Positions 1 through 16,099 of a DNA stretch of 64,000 nt are shown piece after piece. Below the pieces are notes generated by a model. It did not search any database. It was not told where the DNA came from and was given only the letters and a program-made list of their open reading frames with translations. Numbering within the stretch: position 1 is the first letter of the stretch; each line of letters begins with the position of its first letter. Origin of the DNA: Pristiophorus japonicus (taxonomy: Eukaryota); the NCBI RefSeq assembly GCF_044704955.1, contig NC_091985.1, positions 203,732,001 through 203,796,000 of the forward strand, given 5' to 3'. Made by a program: the position numbers and the translations under genes.

Positions 1-870
1 ACAGAGAAAGTTAATCACCACACTCTTTCAAATCATTGCTGGTTTCTGTCACCAAACCAGTAGTGAATGTTCCTGATTCAGTCCCAATCTCACCGTGTCT
101 GCCCTTCTTGGACATTGAACAGTGGAAACACAGCCTGACAGTGAGGATGTGAGGAGTGTCACAAAGTGTATCTATTGCAGGCACCAGGACAGAAAGTAGA
201 CATTTCAAATTTGGTAATTTTGTTTCGTTGCATTGAGTTCTCCAGATCCGTGTTGAAGGTGATCGAGAGATACATTGTCGCTCCCTCAGATACATCATGA
301 TCCGGGCTCTGTGACATTCTGTTGTCTGCACAGGCACTTAACTCGGTTCCAATAGACTGAGAACAATTGTTGTACATCCCAGGTACCTGTGGTTATAATC
401 CAGAAAGCGATTCAGAATTTTACAGGTAGTCCTATGGGAGTGGAGGATATAAACCTCGATTGTATTAATCGGGTGATCCCATTCATGGACCAGTGCTGGG
501 TTTGAGTTGTGTCTAGATGCTGATAACTTTCTATAGAACCGTCCTACACACCTGGTGTGGAAAATCTGAGTGCTGCTGTACTGCAGTGAGGTCAGACAAG
601 AACACTGTTTGTATCACGGTTTCCTCTCTCCAGATACTTTACTTTATTATAAACATATACATTCATTACAACTTTATTTTATATTTTCCCCATCAGTTGT
701 CCATATCATAACTAATATTTTTCTGGTATTATTATTCTCAAAGCAAAATACTTCATTGAGCCAGTATAAATATGATATTTCTTCCACCCAGCACACAAGA
801 AAAAATGCAGGCAGCTCCTTCTCGCATACAGTAAGTACATTATCACTCAGAGCGCAGAGACACAGAACTG
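1..870 (+). repeat. Uncharacterised low-copy module, copy A (runs off the window start)
   Basis: Alignable by eye to 30300-30860 and 25390-26050 (e.g. AAACCAGTAGTGAATGTTCCTGATTCAG, TATCTATTGCAGGCAC, CAGCTCCTTCTC). No recognisable protein. Confidence 0.8.
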
Positions 871-1004
871 ACCTCAATCCTGTTATCACAGGCAGCAGAA
901 GCTGTCAGTCCAACAGTGATCTGAAGTGGCTGAGTTTCATTGTGAATCTTACAGCCACACAGAGCGGTAGGATCAAATGCTGTTTCACTATTGAAACATA
1001 TCAC

Positions 1005-1940
1005 ATTCATATACCAGATACTGAAATATACAGAATAAAACCCACACTTGCACACCAGAAACTGATGGGTATAGATTAAACCCCACACATAGACCAGAAA
1101 CTGACAGATACAGATTAAACCACACACTTTTTACCAGAAACTGATGGTTACAGATTAAACCCCACACATGGACCAGAAACTGACAGCTATGGGATAAAAC
1201 CAACACTCAAAGACCAGAAACTGACAGGTACAGATTAATCCCCACTTTCACATATCAAAGACTGAAAGGTACATCTTAAAACCACTCTCTCATACCAGAA
1301 ACAGACAGGTACAGAATATCACCCACACTCACATACCAGAAACTAATGGGTACAGATTAAAGCCCACAATAATAGACCAGAAATTGATAGGTACAGATTA
1401 ACCCCACACTCATATACCAGAAACTGATACGTACAGATTAAACCCACACTCACATACCAGAAACTGACAGGTACAGGTTAAACCCCACATTCGCATACCA
1501 GAGATTGAAATGTATAGAATAAAATACACACTCACGTATAAACTGACAGTTACAGAAAAAATGCACAGTCACATACCAGAGACTGACAGGTACAGAATAT
1601 CACCCACACTCACATACCAGAGACTGACAGGTACAGATTAATCCCACAGTCATATACCAGAACCGAGAGGTACAGAATAAACCCACACTCACATAGCAGC
1701 TGACAGGTGCAGATTAACCCACACTAACATACCAGAGACAAATGGATACAGAATAAACACCACACTCAAATACTAGAGAGTGACAGGTACAGATTAAAAC
1801 CCACAATCACATAACCGAAACTGAGAGGTAGAGAGTAACCCCAACAATCATATACCAGTAACTGACAGGTACAGATTAAACGCCACACTCATATACCAAA
1901 GATAGACAGGTACAGAATAAAATACACACTCTCATAATAT
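1005..1940. repeat. ~41-bp minisatellite (ACCAGAAACTGACAGGTACAGATTAAACCCCACACTCACAT), ~23 degenerate copies
   Basis: Direct periodicity visible. The same unit recurs at 28400-28712. Confidence 0.9.
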
Positions 1941-1942
1941 AA

Positions 1943-2119
<177 letters not shown>

Positions 2120-2393
2120 ACCCACAACCTCTCTGAAAGACCTAAAGCGCATCACCCTTTAGACTCAATTTACTGTAATTATTTCCTGAACAAGTGTGTT
2201 TGGGAACCTTTGCAGTTCCAGCTGTGGAGTTAGTTTTGAATTCTCATAAGCAGCTTCACTGTCTGGTTCGACGTTGGGACTGCTGTTGAATTTCCCGCCA
2301 TTCATGCTACAAACACGATTCCTTGTCGCTCGTTCCCATTTACAGCGCCTGCCGAGGAATTAAGAGCTTGTTTAGGGAATGAGGCTCAGATTT

Positions 2394-5300
2394 CATAGAA
2401 ACATAGAAACATAGAAAATAGGTGCAGGAGTAGGCCATTTGGCCCTTCTAGCCTGCACCACCATTCAATGAGTTCATGGCTGAACATTCAACTTCAGTAC
2501 CCCATTCCTGCTTTCTCGCCATACCCCTTGATTCCCCCTAATAGTAAGGACCTCATCTAACTCCTTTTTGAATATATTTAGTGAATTGGCCTCAACAACT
2601 TTCTGTGGTAGAGAATTCCACAGGTTCACCGCTCTCTGGGTGAAGAAGTTCTTCCGCATCTCGGTCCTAAATGGCTTACCCCTTATCCTTAGACTGTGAC
2701 CTCTGGTTCTGGACTTCCCCAACATTGGGAACATTCTTCCTGCATCTAACCTGTCTAACCCCGTCAGAATTTTAAATGTTTCTGAGGTCCCCTCTCATTC
2801 TTCTGAACTCCAGTGAATACAAGCCCAGTTGATCCAGTCTTTCTTGATAGGTCAGTCCCGCCATCCCGGGAATCAGTCTGGTGAACCTTCGCTGCACTCC
2901 CTCAATAGCAAGAATGTCCTTCCTCAGGTTAGGAGACCAAAACTGTACACAATACTCCAGGTGTGGCCTCACCAAGGCCCTGTCCAACTGTAGCAACACC
3001 TCCCTGCCCCTGTACTCAAATCCCCTCGCTATGAAGGCCAACATGCCATTTGCTTTCTTAACCGCCTGCTGCACCCGCATGCCAACCTTCAATGACTGAT
3101 GTACCATGACACCCAGGTCTCTTTGCACCTCCCCTTTTCCTAATCTGTCACCATTCACATAATAGTCTGTCTCTGTTTTTACCACCAAAGTGGATAACCT
3201 CACATTTATCCACATTATACTTCATCTGCCATGCATTTGCCCACTCACCTAACCTATCCAAGTCGCTCTGCAGCCTCACAGCATCCTCCTCGCAGCTCAC
3301 ACTGCCACCCAACTTAGTGTCATCCGCAAATTTGGAGATACTACATTTAATCCCCTCATCTAAATCATTAATGTACAGTGTAAACAGCTGGGGCCCCAGC
3401 ACAGAACCTTGCGGTACCCCACTAGTCACTGCCTGACATTCTGAAAAGTACCCATTTACTCCTACTCTTTGCTTCCTGTCTGACAACCAGTTCTCAATCC
3501 ATGTCAGCACACTACCCCCAATCCCATGTGCTTTAACTTTGCACATCAATCTCTTGTGTGGGACCTTGACGAAAGCCTTCTGAAAGTCCAAATATACCAC
3601 ATCAACTGGTTCTCCTTTGTCCACTCTACTGGAAACATCCTCAAAAAATTCCAGAAGATTTGTCAAGCATGATTTCCCTTTCACAAATCCATGCTGACTT
3701 GGACCTATCATGTCACCTCTTTCCAAATGAACTGCTATGACATCCTTAATAATTGATTCCATCATTTTACCCACTACCGATGTCAGGCTGACCGGTCTAT
3801 AATTCCCTGTTTTCTGTCTCCCTCCTTTTTTAAAAAGTGGGGTTACATTGGCTACCCTCCACTCTATAGGAACTGATCCAGAGTCAATGGAATGTTGGAA
3901 AATGACTGTCAATGCATCCACTATTTCCAAGGCCACCTCCTTAAGTACTCTGGGATGCAGTCCATCAGGCCCTGGGGATTTATCGGCCTTCAATCCCATC
4001 AATTTCCCCAACACAATTTCCCGGCTAATAAGGATTTCCCTCAGTTCCTCCTCCTTACTCGACCCCCCGACCCCTTTTATAACCGGAAGGTTGTTTGTGT
4101 CCTCCTTCGTGAATACCGAACCAAAGTACTTGTTCAATTGGTCTGCCATTTCTTTGTTCCCCGTTATGACTTCCCCTGATTCTGACTGCAGGGGACCTAC
4201 GTTTGTCTTTACTAACCTTTTTCTCTTTACATATCTATAGAAGCTTTTGCAGTCTGTTTCAATGTTCCCTGCAAGCTTCCTCTCGTACTCTATTTTCCCT
4301 GCCCTCATCAAACCCTTTGTCCTCCTCTGCTGAGTTCTAAATTTCTCCCAGTCCCCAGGTTCGCTGCTATTTCTGGCCAATTTGTATGCCACTTCCTTGG
4401 CTTTAATACTATCTCTGATTTCCCTTGATAGCCACGGTTGAGCCACCTTCCCTTTTTTATTTTTATGCCAGACAGGAATGTACAATTGTTGTAGTTCATC
4501 CATGCGGTCTCTAAATGTCTGCCATTGCCCATCCACAGTCAACCCCTTAAGTATCATTCGCCAATCCATCCCAGCCAATTCACGCCTCATACCTTCAAAG
4601 TTAGCCTTCTTTAAGTTCTGGACCATGGTCTCTGAATTAACTGTTTCATTCTCCATCCTAATGCAGAATTCCACCATATTATGGTCACTCTTCCCCAAGG
4701 GGCCTCGCACAACGAGATTGCTAATTAATCCTCTCTCATTACATAACACCCAGTCTAAGATGGCCTCCCCCCTAGTTGGTTCCTCGACATATTGGTCTAA
4801 AAAACCATCCCTTATGCACTCCAGGAAATCCTCCTCCACCGTATTGCTTCCAGTTTGGTTAGCCCAATCTATGTGCATATTAAAGTCACCCATTATAACT
4901 GCTGCACCTTTATTGCATGCACCCCTAATTTCCTGTTTGATGCCCTCCCGAACATCACTACTACTGTTTGGAGGTCTGTACACAACTCCCACTAACGTTT
5001 TTTGCCCTTTGGTGTTCTGCAGCTCTACCCATATAGATTCCATATCATCCAAGCTAATGTCCTTCCTAACTATTGCCTTAATCTCCTCCTTAACCAGCAA
5101 TGCTACCCCACCTCCTTTTCCTTTTATTCTATCCTTCCTGAATGTTGAATACCCCTGAATGTTGAATACCCCTGGATGTTGAGTTCCCAGCCCTGATCAT
5201 CCTGGAGCCACGTCTCTGTAATCCCAATCACATCATATTTGTTAACATCTATTTGCACAGTTAATTCATCCACCTTATTACGGATACTCCTTGCATTAAG

Positions 5301-5880
5301 ACACAAAGCCTTTCGGCTTGTTTTTTTAACACCCTCTGTCCTTTTAGAATTTTGCTGTACAATGGTCCTTTTTGTTCTTTGCCTTGGGTTTCTCTGCCCT
5401 CCACTTTTCTTCATCTCCTTTCTGTCTTTTGCTTTTGCCTCCTTTATGTTTCCCTATATCTCCCTGCATTGGTTCCCATCCCCCTGCCATATTAGTTTAA
5501 CTCCTCCCCAACAGCACTAGCAAACACTCCCCCGAGGACATTGGTTCCGATTCTGCCCAGGTGCAAACCGTCCGGATTGTACTGGTCCCACCTCCCCCAG
5601 AACCGGTTCCAATGACCCAGGAATTTGAATCCCTCCCTGCTGCACCATTGCTCAAGCCACGTATTCATCTGAGCTATCCTGCGATTCCTACTCTGACTAG
5701 CACGTGGCACTGGTAGCAATCCCGAGATTACTACTTTTGAGGTCCTACTTTTTAATTTAGCTCCTAGCTCCTTAAATTCATTTCGTAGGACCTCATCCCT
5801 TTTTTTTAACCTATGTCGTTGGTACCAACGTGCACCACGACAACTGGCTGTTCTCCCTCCCTTTTTAGAATGTCCTGCAC
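2394..5880 (-). mobile_element. CR1-clade LINE, 5'-truncated within ORF1, frameshifted ORF2 (APE endonuclease + RT)
   Basis: ORF 3148-5100 with GVVYRPP, GDFN, SDHN, NYRPVSLTS, GVPQGSVLGP and FADDTKL motifs. ORF1 C-terminus PDGLHL at 5492-5719, (TTTCTATG)n tail, and a 17-bp duplication frameshift near 5140-5172. Confidence 0.95.
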
Positions 5881-6477
5881 CTCATTCTCTCGCAAGCCCT
5901 TTATAAGTTTATTTTTCAATTCCTGTTACGGTCAATCTGTTTATTAACCCGGGACTCCCTGCAGTGTAAAAACCCAGAATGGAAGTTTGTACAGAGACCA
6001 GAATGGGAGCAGTGTGAACACTCTATCCCTCTTCCCTTTTCACAGAAGGGCTCCCAGTTCTGGTCTCACTCCCGCCTGTGCGGAAGATCAATCCATGATT
6101 TGTGATTCCCAACATTTACACAGTTTGAGCTGGAATGTGCCCTGTTACAGAATCAGTGGGGATTGATTGCCGTCCGTTACAGACAGATTGACAGTGAACG
6201 CAAATATAATTTTGATTGTAACAGCCTGGAATTAGTAAGGGAAATATGGAATAAAATAAAAGGAAGTAAAACCTGTTTGTAAACCTTTGGCTAATGGTGC
6301 ATTTGTTAACATAATCCGCACTTTAAAAAATTATTGGCGGTATTTTTGAAATTAAAAATCTTTCGAGGTGTGACTGTTGAGGACAGGAATTTCCACCCTC
6401 GTTTCATTGGTGATCTCAACAGACAATGGGTAAGGCGAGAGATTAACATTCAGCGGCGATTTCAGTAAAGAATCATC

Positions 6478-6789
6478 ATGACTGGAGGAGGTAAAGGAGG
6501 CAAAGGACTGGGTAAAGGCAGAGCCAAACGGCACCATAAAGTGCTCCGTAATAACATCCAGGGCATCACCAAACCAGCCATCTGCCACCTGGCTCGCCGT
6601 GGCCGTGTCAAGCGGATCTCGGGCCTGATCTACGAGGAGACCCGCGGGGTGCTGAAGGTTTTCCTGGAGAATGTGATCAGGGATGCGGTCATCTACACTG
6701 AACACGCCAATCGCAAGACGGTCACTGCCATGGATGTGGTGTACGCTCTGAAACAGCAGAGCCGCACTCTCTATGGATTCGGCGGCTGA
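6478..6789 (+). pseudogene. H4: Histone H4, full-length ORF but 12 substitutions and no H4 promoter (probable pseudogene)
   Basis: S1T, R3G, G14R, R19H, D24N, R35C, R36H, G42R, T71I, K77N, R92Q, G94S versus canonical H4. Stem-loop at 6825-6840. Upstream DNA is H2A-type spacer with no TATA. Confidence 0.85.
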
Positions 6790-7064
6790 ATAACATGACC
6801 CTTTTCCCCCAAACACAACACAAAGGCTCTTCTCAGAGCCATCCACCTCCTCACAGAGAGAGCAGTGACCTGGGGAACGGGGGCGAGATAGTTGCTTTAC
6901 ACTTTGTTCTGTATAGATATGTTTTTTGCCAAGATCTATATTGTGGTGTTAGGTGTTTTAAATCAGCATATACACGGTGGACAGAATGTCCTTTTAGTCT
7001 TCAAATCATAGACATTTACGGGGCATTCCAGCTGAAGGTAATACTGAAAAAACGAATGTAGTTA

Positions 7065-8348
7065 GAACATAAAAACATAAAAACATAAGAAATAGGAGCA
7101 AATGTAGGCCATACGGCCCCTCGAGCCTGCTCCGCCATTTAATACGATCATGGAGTCTGGTCTACTTCCCTGCCCCATATTCCCTTATTCCCTTATCATG
7201 AAGAAACTGTCTGTTTCTGTCTTAAATTTATTCAATGTCCCAGCTCTCTGAGGCAGCGAATTCCACAGATTCACAATCTTCAGAAGAAATTTCTCCTCAT
7301 CTCAGTTTTAAATGGGCGGCCTCTTATTCTAAGATTAAGCCCTCTAGTTCTAGTTTCCCCTAGCAGTGGAAACATCCTCTCTGCATCCACCTTGTTAAGC
7401 CCCCTCATAATCTTAGTTTCGATAAGATCACCTCTCATTCTTCTGAATTCCAATGAGTAAAGGCCCAACCTACTCAACCTTTCCTCAAGTCAACCCCCTC
7501 ATTCCGGAATCAACCTTGTGAAACTTCTCTGAACTGCCTCCAAAGCAAGTATATCCTTTTGTAAATATGGAAACCAAAACTGCATGCAGTATTCCAGGTG
7601 TGGCCTCACCAATACCCTGTACAACTGTAGCAAGACTTCCCTGCTTTTATACTCCATCCCCTTTGCAATAAAGGCCAGATTCCATTGGCCTTCCTGATCA
7701 CTTGCTGTACCTGCATACTAACCTTTTGTGTTTCATGCACAAGTACCCCCAGGTCCCACTGCATTGCAGCACTTTGCAATCTTTCACCATTGAAATAATA
7801 ACTTGCTCTTTGATTTTTTTCTGCCAAAGTGCATGACCTCACACTTTCCAATATTATACTCCATCTGCCAAATCCTTGCTCACTCACTTAGCCTGTCTAT
7901 GTCCTTTTGCAGAATTTTAGTGTCCTCCTCACCCATTGCTTTTCCTCCCATCTTTGTATCGTCAGCAAACTTGGCTGCATTACACTCGGTCCCTTCTTCC
8001 AAGTCGTTAATATAGATCATAAATAGTTGGGGTCCTAGCACTGATCCCTGTGGCATCCCATTGGTTACTGATTGCCAACCCGGGAATGAACCATTTATCC
8101 CCACTCTCTGGTTTCTGTTTGTTAGCCAATCTGCTATCCATGCTACTATATTACCCCCAACCCCGTGAACTTTTATCTTGTGCAGTCAGTAACCTTTTAT
8201 GTGGCACTTTGTCAAATGCGTTCTGGAAGTCCAAATATACCACATCCACGGCTTCCCCATTATCCACCCTGTTCATGACATCCTCAAAGAATTCCAGCAA
8301 ATTTGTCAAACATGACTCCCCTTCATAAATCCATGCTGTTACATCCAT
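7065..8348 (-). mobile_element. CR1 LINE 3' fragment (degenerate RT)
   Basis: ORF pieces SCLTNLLEFFED, PQGSVLGPQLF, FADDTK, LYSLEFRRMRGDLIE. Possible GTTA duplication relative to the empty site at ~11790. Confidence 0.92.
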
Positions 8349-8933
8349 GTTACAGCAGTGACAGATAAGAAAGGTGTTGAATTAAACGATGGGATGAAGG
8401 CAGCATCAGGGCGGAAAGACAGTGAGGGTCCCTTGCCCTCATAGAAGGACTCCCAAGTCCTGATCAGAAGTGACCCTCAGGCAATCTCAGTTATAAACCG
8501 GTCAATGTCTCGAACATGTAGAAATCTAGATCGACATACACAGCAGCGAGTTTGCTGTTCAGATTATTGAATGTATATATAGGAAAAAACGTGAATTAAC
8601 TTTCCTTATAAGTTTGGCCGTCATTAACCATTTTTGCCTGAGAGCAGAACAGAAACATAAAGAATGGAGTATAAATCGGGAGGGGATGTCATTGATGACC
8701 GAATTCAAGAATTTGAGATTGTGGCGAGCAATAAATCTGATTGGATGTTTAAAGGGACCAATCAGAGAGATACAGAACAATGGAAATTGACAACGGAGCT
8801 AATGAACCAATCACAATCGTTACCTTTACCCATCCCTTATTAGCATAGGGATGTGGGCGGAGTGTGGGGCTGCCTACATAATACGAGCCCGGAGCAGACT
8901 TTGCTTCATATCTATAACTGACTGAACAAGACG

Positions 8934-9308
<375 letters not shown>

Positions 9309-10272
9309 AACTCCACGCTGTCCTGACAACAAACCCCAAACACAACGGCTCTTTTAAGAGCCACCCACAACATCATTGAAAGAGCTGCACAAACACATCA
9401 CCCTTTAGACTGAATTTACTGTAATTATTTCCCGAACAAATGTGTGTGAGAACCTTTGTAGTTCCAGCTGTAGATTTAGTTTTGAATTCTCATAAAAAGC
9501 TTCACTGACCGGCTTGACCTTGGCGTCTCTGGAATTTGCTGCAGTGAGTAAACTACAAACACGGGCCCTGGTCGCTTTCCCTTTGTTCTCAGACTCGTTC
9601 ATTCACAGCGCCTACCGACGAATTTATTTTGGGGGGCGGGGAAACTCCGATTTCAGTCGCATTCTCACTCAAGCCCTTTTTACATGTTTTTTTTATTCCG
9701 TTGCGCTCAGTCCGTTTATTAACCCGAGACTCCCCACAGTGTAACAACCCAGAATGGGAGTTTTTAGAGACTAGAACAGGGGCAGTTTGAACACCCTGTC
9801 CCTCTTCTCTTTTTACAAAAGGACTCTCGGTTCTGGTCTCACTCCCACAGCAGCTCCTGTGAAAAGAAGTTCACTTTTACAAAGATGGAGCTGGAATGTA
9901 TCCCGTTACAGAATCAGTGGGGACTGAGTCCCGCCCGTTACAGACAGTTTGAAACTGAAGCCGAATTTAATCCTGATTGTAACAGGCTGGAATTTGCAAG
10001 GGGAACATGGAATAAGACAAAAGGAAACAAAGTGTTTTAAAGTATTTGGCTAATGGTGAAGTTGCTAACATAATCCGCAATTTTAACAATTATTGGCGGG
10101 ATTTTTGAATTTAAAAAATCGTCAGGTTCTGGCTGTTGAGAACCAGTAATTTCCGCCCTCCTTTCATTGGTGGACTAGACAGACTGTGATTGGTCATCGG
10201 AAACAGCCAATGAAATCCACGATAGAGTGACCAATCACAAGTTCGCTCCCTGCATCCCTCCAGAAGGTATAA

Positions 10273-10716
<444 letters not shown>

Positions 10717-11151
10717 AGCGGACAAGATTTAAACTTATAACCCAAAGGCTCTTTTCAGAGCCACTCACAATATATGTGAAAGGGCTGCTTACTGTATTAA
10801 TGGAGACCTTGTTTTCAGGTACCAATAAAGTGGTCTATTTCAGACCTGTATGCGGGAGTTTTCAGTTCCTGGTATCTGCATTATGGTTTTCTGCTCACAC
10901 AAACTGTTCTAGTTAGCAACTAATAATTAATCTACAGTTGTCAGAGACTCAAAAATTGTATAAATACCGCAACCGGTTCCCTAAATATTATTTAATCTAT
11001 CAATGAAAGCTGTATGAAGAAAGTCGGCGGTTATTAAAAGGGCCTAGTTTAATTCTGGTCTGGTTTGAGAGTTTGAATGCTGGTTCTGTTTCCGGGATCT
11101 CCGGTCGTTCCGGATTGTGTATTTCTCTCCTAAGCCGGTCAGTTTAGGCCG

Positions 11152-11290
11152 ACACTAAGCAGCCAAGCACAAGACAGTCACTGTCATGGATGTGCTGTAT
11201 ACTCTGAAACGGCAGGGCCGCACTTTCTATGGATTCAACGCGACCCTCTTCCCCCAAGCAGAAAGCAAAGGCTCGTCTAAGTGCCACCCA
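11152..11290 (+). pseudogene. H4: Histone H4 3' fragment with degenerate stem-loop
   Basis: Reads [25 protein letters not shown], followed by GGCTCGTCTAAGTGCC-ACCCA at 11270-11290. Confidence 0.88.
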
Positions 11291-11448
11291 CCGCCTCACG
11301 GGGGGAGAGGAGGGGAGGGAGGGAGATACAGTTCATTTACATTTTGTTCGGTATAGATATATATTTTTCGCCAAGGTCTATATGTTTTAAATCAGCATAT
11401 GCACGATGGACGGAATATCCTTTTAGTTTCAGAATTATAGACATTTAT

Positions 11449-11752
11449 CATAGAAGCTTACAACACGGAATGAGGCCACTTCGGCCCATCGTGTCCGTGC
11501 CGGCCAACAAAAGGCTATCCAGCCGAATCCCACTTTCCAGCTCTCGGTCCGTAACCCTGCAGGTTACGGCACTTCAAGTGCACGTCCAAGTAGTTTTAAA
11601 TGTGGTGAGGGTTTCTGCCTCTACCACCCTTTCAGGCAGTGAGTTTCAGACCGCAGCCTGCGTGAAGATATTTCCCCTCTAAATCCTCTACCAATTACTT
11701 TACATTTATGCCTCCTGTGCTAAGGGAAATAGGCCCTTTACGGCACAGAAGG
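11449..11752 (-). mobile_element. CR1-like LINE 3' end fragment (same family as 38085 and 54170)
   Basis: Matches the 54178-54490 and 63650-63960 tails. Absent from the paralogous spacer near 7015. Confidence 0.8.
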
Positions 11753-12054
11753 TACGGCATATTCCAGGTGAAGGTAACACTGAAACAACTAATGTAGTTA
11801 CAGCAGTGACAGATCAGAAAGGTGTTGAATTAAACGGTGGGAGGAGAGCGGAAGGACAGTGAGGGCCTTTTGCCTCATAGAAGGACTCCCAAATCCTAAC
11901 CAGAAGTGACCCTCAGACAATCTCGGTTACAAACCGGTCAATGTCTGTCGAACATGTAGACATCTCGATCGATAAAGAACAGAATATGGCTCGGGAGGGG
12001 ATGTAACTGATGACCTAATTCAAGAATTTGAGATTGTGGCGAGCAATAAATCTG

Positions 12055-12196
12055 ATTGGATGTTTAAAGAGACCAATCAGAGAATTACAGAACAATAGAA
12101 ATTGACAACGCAGCGAGTGAACCAATCACAATCGTTGCCTTCACCCATCCCTCATTAGCATAGGGCTGTGGGCGGAGTGTGGGGCTGCCTATATAA
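12055..12196 (+). promoter_or_regulatory. H2B promoter: CCAAT boxes, octamer variant ATTAGCAT, GC box, TATATAA
   Basis: ATTGG ~12055, CCAAT ~12073 and 12122, ATTAGCAT 12154-12161, GGGCGG ~12170, TATATAA 12190-12196. Same layout upstream of 8934. Confidence 0.8.
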
Positions 12197-12248
12197 TGCG
12201 AGCTCCGAGCTAAGTTTAGGTCATGTCTGCGTCGGATTGAACAAAACG

Positions 12249-12626
12249 ATGCCTGAAGAGAAGAAATCAGTTACTGCCAAGAAAGGCGCCAAGAAAGTGA
12301 TCAAGAAAACACCACCGAAGGGCGGTAAGAAGCGCAGGAAGTCGAGGAAGGAGAGTTACTCCATCTACATCTACAAAGTGATGAAGCAGGTTCACCCCGA
12401 CACCGGCATCTCCTCCAAGGCCATGGGCATCATGAACTCTTTTGTGAACGATATTTTTGAGCGCATCGCGGGTGAGGCTTCCCGCCTGGCCCATTACAAC
12501 AAGCGATCCACCATCAGCTCCCGGGAGATCCAGACCGCCGTGCGCCTGCTGCTGCCCGGGGAGCTGGCCAAGCACGCCGTGTCGGAAGGGACAAAGGCGG
12601 TAACCAAGTACACCAGCTCCAAGTAA
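12249..12626 (+). CDS. H2B: Replication-dependent histone H2B
   Basis: Intact MPEEKK...[26 protein letters not shown]...KYTSSK. Stem-loop 12667-12682 and HDE GAAAGAGCTG. Confidence 0.97.
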   Translation: MPEEKKSVTAKKGAKKVIKKTPPKGGKKRRKSRKESYSIYIYKVMKQVHPDTGISSKAMGIMNSFVNDIFERIAGEASRLAHYNKRSTISSREIQTAVRLLLPGELAKHAVSEGTKAVTKYTSSK

Positions 12627-13471
12627 AACTCCACTCTGTCCTAATACAACAAACCAGAAACACAACGGCTCTTTTAAGAGCCACCCACAACGTCTCTGAA
12701 AGAGCTGCACAAACACGTCACCCTTTAAATTCAATTTGCTGTAGTTATTTCCTGAGCAAGTGTTTGACAACATTTAAAGTTCCAGCTGTAGATTTAGATT
12801 TGAATTCTCAGATAAGCGGTTTTACTGTCCGGTTCAACCTTAGCTTCTCTGATGAATTTCCCTCCCAGTAAAGTGCACACACTGTCGCTGGCCGCCTGCC
12901 AATGAATTATGATCTTGTTTTAGGAGGTGAAATTCAGACTTTAGTCACCTCATTCTCTCTCAAGCCCTTTACAATATAAAAAAAATTCCAGTTCGGGTCA
13001 ACCCGCTTATTAATCCGAGATTCCAAGTGCAACGGCCCAGACTGGGAGTTCTTACAGAGTCCAGAACAGGGAGTTTGAATCCTGTGTCCCTCTTCTCTTT
13101 TCACAGAAGAACTCCCAGTTCTGGTCTCAATCCCGCCTGTGCGGAGGATCGATCCATGATCTGTGATTCCCAAATTGTACAAAGATTGAGCTGGAATGTG
13201 TCCCGTTACAGAACGTATGAAACTGAACCCGAATTTAAACCTGATTGTAACATCCTGGAATTTTGAAGGTAATATGGAATACGGCAAAAGGAAATAAAAA
13301 GTGTTTGGAAATCTTTGGCTAATGGTGAATTTATTAACATAATCCGCATTGTAAAAATTATTGGCGGGGTTTTTGAAATTGAAGATTCGTTGGAAGTCGA
13401 ACAGTAATTTTCGCCCTCTTTTCATTGGCAGGCGAAGCAGACGGTGATTGGTCAGCGGAAAAGACCAATGA

Positions 13472-13975
<504 letters not shown>

Positions 13976-14116
13976 AGCGGACAAGATTTAATCTAATAAC
14001 CCAAAGGCTCTTTTCAGAGCCACCCACAGGATCTGTGAAAGGGCTGCTTACTGTCTTAATGGAGTCAGAGACCTTTAATTCATGTACCGATAGATTGGCC
14101 TGTTTTAGACCTGTAA

Positions 14117-14380
14117 ACATAGAAAATAGGTGCAGGAGGCGGCCATTCGGCCCTTCAAGCCTGCACCACCATTCAATAAGATCATGGCTGATTATTCCCT
14201 CAGTACCCCTTTTCTGCTTTCTTTCAATATCCCTTTAGCCATAAGGGCCACATCTAACTCCCTCTTGAATATATCTAACGAACTGGCATCAACAACTCTC
14301 TGCGGTAGGGAATTCCACAGGTTAACAACTCTGAGTGAATAAGTTTCTCCTCTCAGTCCTAAATGGCTTACCCCTTATCC
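14117..14380 (-). mobile_element. CR1 3'-end fragment
   Basis: Same tail as 2394-2690. Apparent GTA duplication relative to the empty site at ~10845. Confidence 0.85.
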
Positions 14381-15077
14381 GTATGCGGGAGTTTTCAGTT
14401 CACGGTCTCTGCAGTACGGTTCTCTGCTCACACATACACTCTTGCCGTTAACAGCGAATAATTGAACTACAGTTGTCACTCAACAATTGTATAAATACCG
14501 CCACCGGTTCTTTAAATATTCTTTAATCTGTCTGAAAACGAGAGAGTCGGCGATGATGAATTAATGTAGTAATAAAAGGGCCTAGTTTAATTCTGGTCTG
14601 GTTTGAGATAGTTTGAATGCTGGTTTCGTTCTCGGGAGCTCCGGCCGTTCCCGGGCTCTTTATTTCTCTGCTAAGCCGGTCAGTTTAGACCGCACTGCAC
14701 AACACATACAGGATCCGGGTCAATTGCAGTGCTTCCCAGATCTGCCTGCCCCCATTCTCCGGCAACACCGAATAGGGAAATCTGTGTTCTGCCCCGGGGA
14801 ACTTGGGGTCAGAGCGACGCAAAGCCGATGTCAGTTTCCGAAAATATTAAAGGGCTCATCAGTTAATCGTCAATAACTCACATGTGAACTGAGCTGGTAT
14901 ATGAACACACGAGCAGTAATCAGTCCCACACCCTCTGCCCGTCCCTACAATAGGTTAATGAACAACACGAAACTCTGGTTACAGGAGATCGCAGCTCTTT
15001 CCTTTGCTGATTTGGTGGCTCTGAAAAGAGCCGTTGTTGCACTTGGTGCTGAAGCTTCGAGCCGAGGCAGGGGGAGT

Positions 15078-15614
<537 letters not shown>

Positions 15615-16099
15615 TCAAGTTTGAACCAAGCACCGAGAGTGAAAATGAAGGGTGGGGATTACTGGGCCCTGATTGGCTGAACTGAAACTGACAGTTGGTC
15701 AATTTCAAAAATCCCGCCAATTTCAGAATATCAACCAACAGAGATTAAATAAAATCTAATTTCCCGCCAGCAATTTAAGAATCCCGCTCTTTATAACGGC
15801 GATTGTGCCCCATTATAAGTCACCAATCCCATTCTGTCACATTCCGGTTTGAATTCTGTTCCATTCCATGATCCGTCTGTACCGGGCGGGAATAAATCCC
15901 CGGTCATTGCTTCCTGTAAACATAAAGTCCCGCATCAATCCCGCCAGTGCCGTCCCATTTAACCGATTCTCACACAGAAACCGCACATGACAGGAATTAT
16001 CTGTGAGGGGAGACTGTAATGTCTGGGACTGTGTATCCTGCTCGGTAGTTGTGACTGTCAGCCGGAATTTTTGATCTCTCATATTTACAATAGTTGTAA

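Noticed and set aside
1005-1940. CRISPR-like appearance of the 41-bp and 43-bp arrays
   Set aside because: Units are contiguous and wholly homologous with no unique spacers. No cas genes, and the context is vertebrate.
3148-5100. 650-aa ORF as a host gene or active reverse transcriptase
   Set aside because: It is the middle of CR1 ORF2 bounded by frameshifts in a 5'-truncated element.
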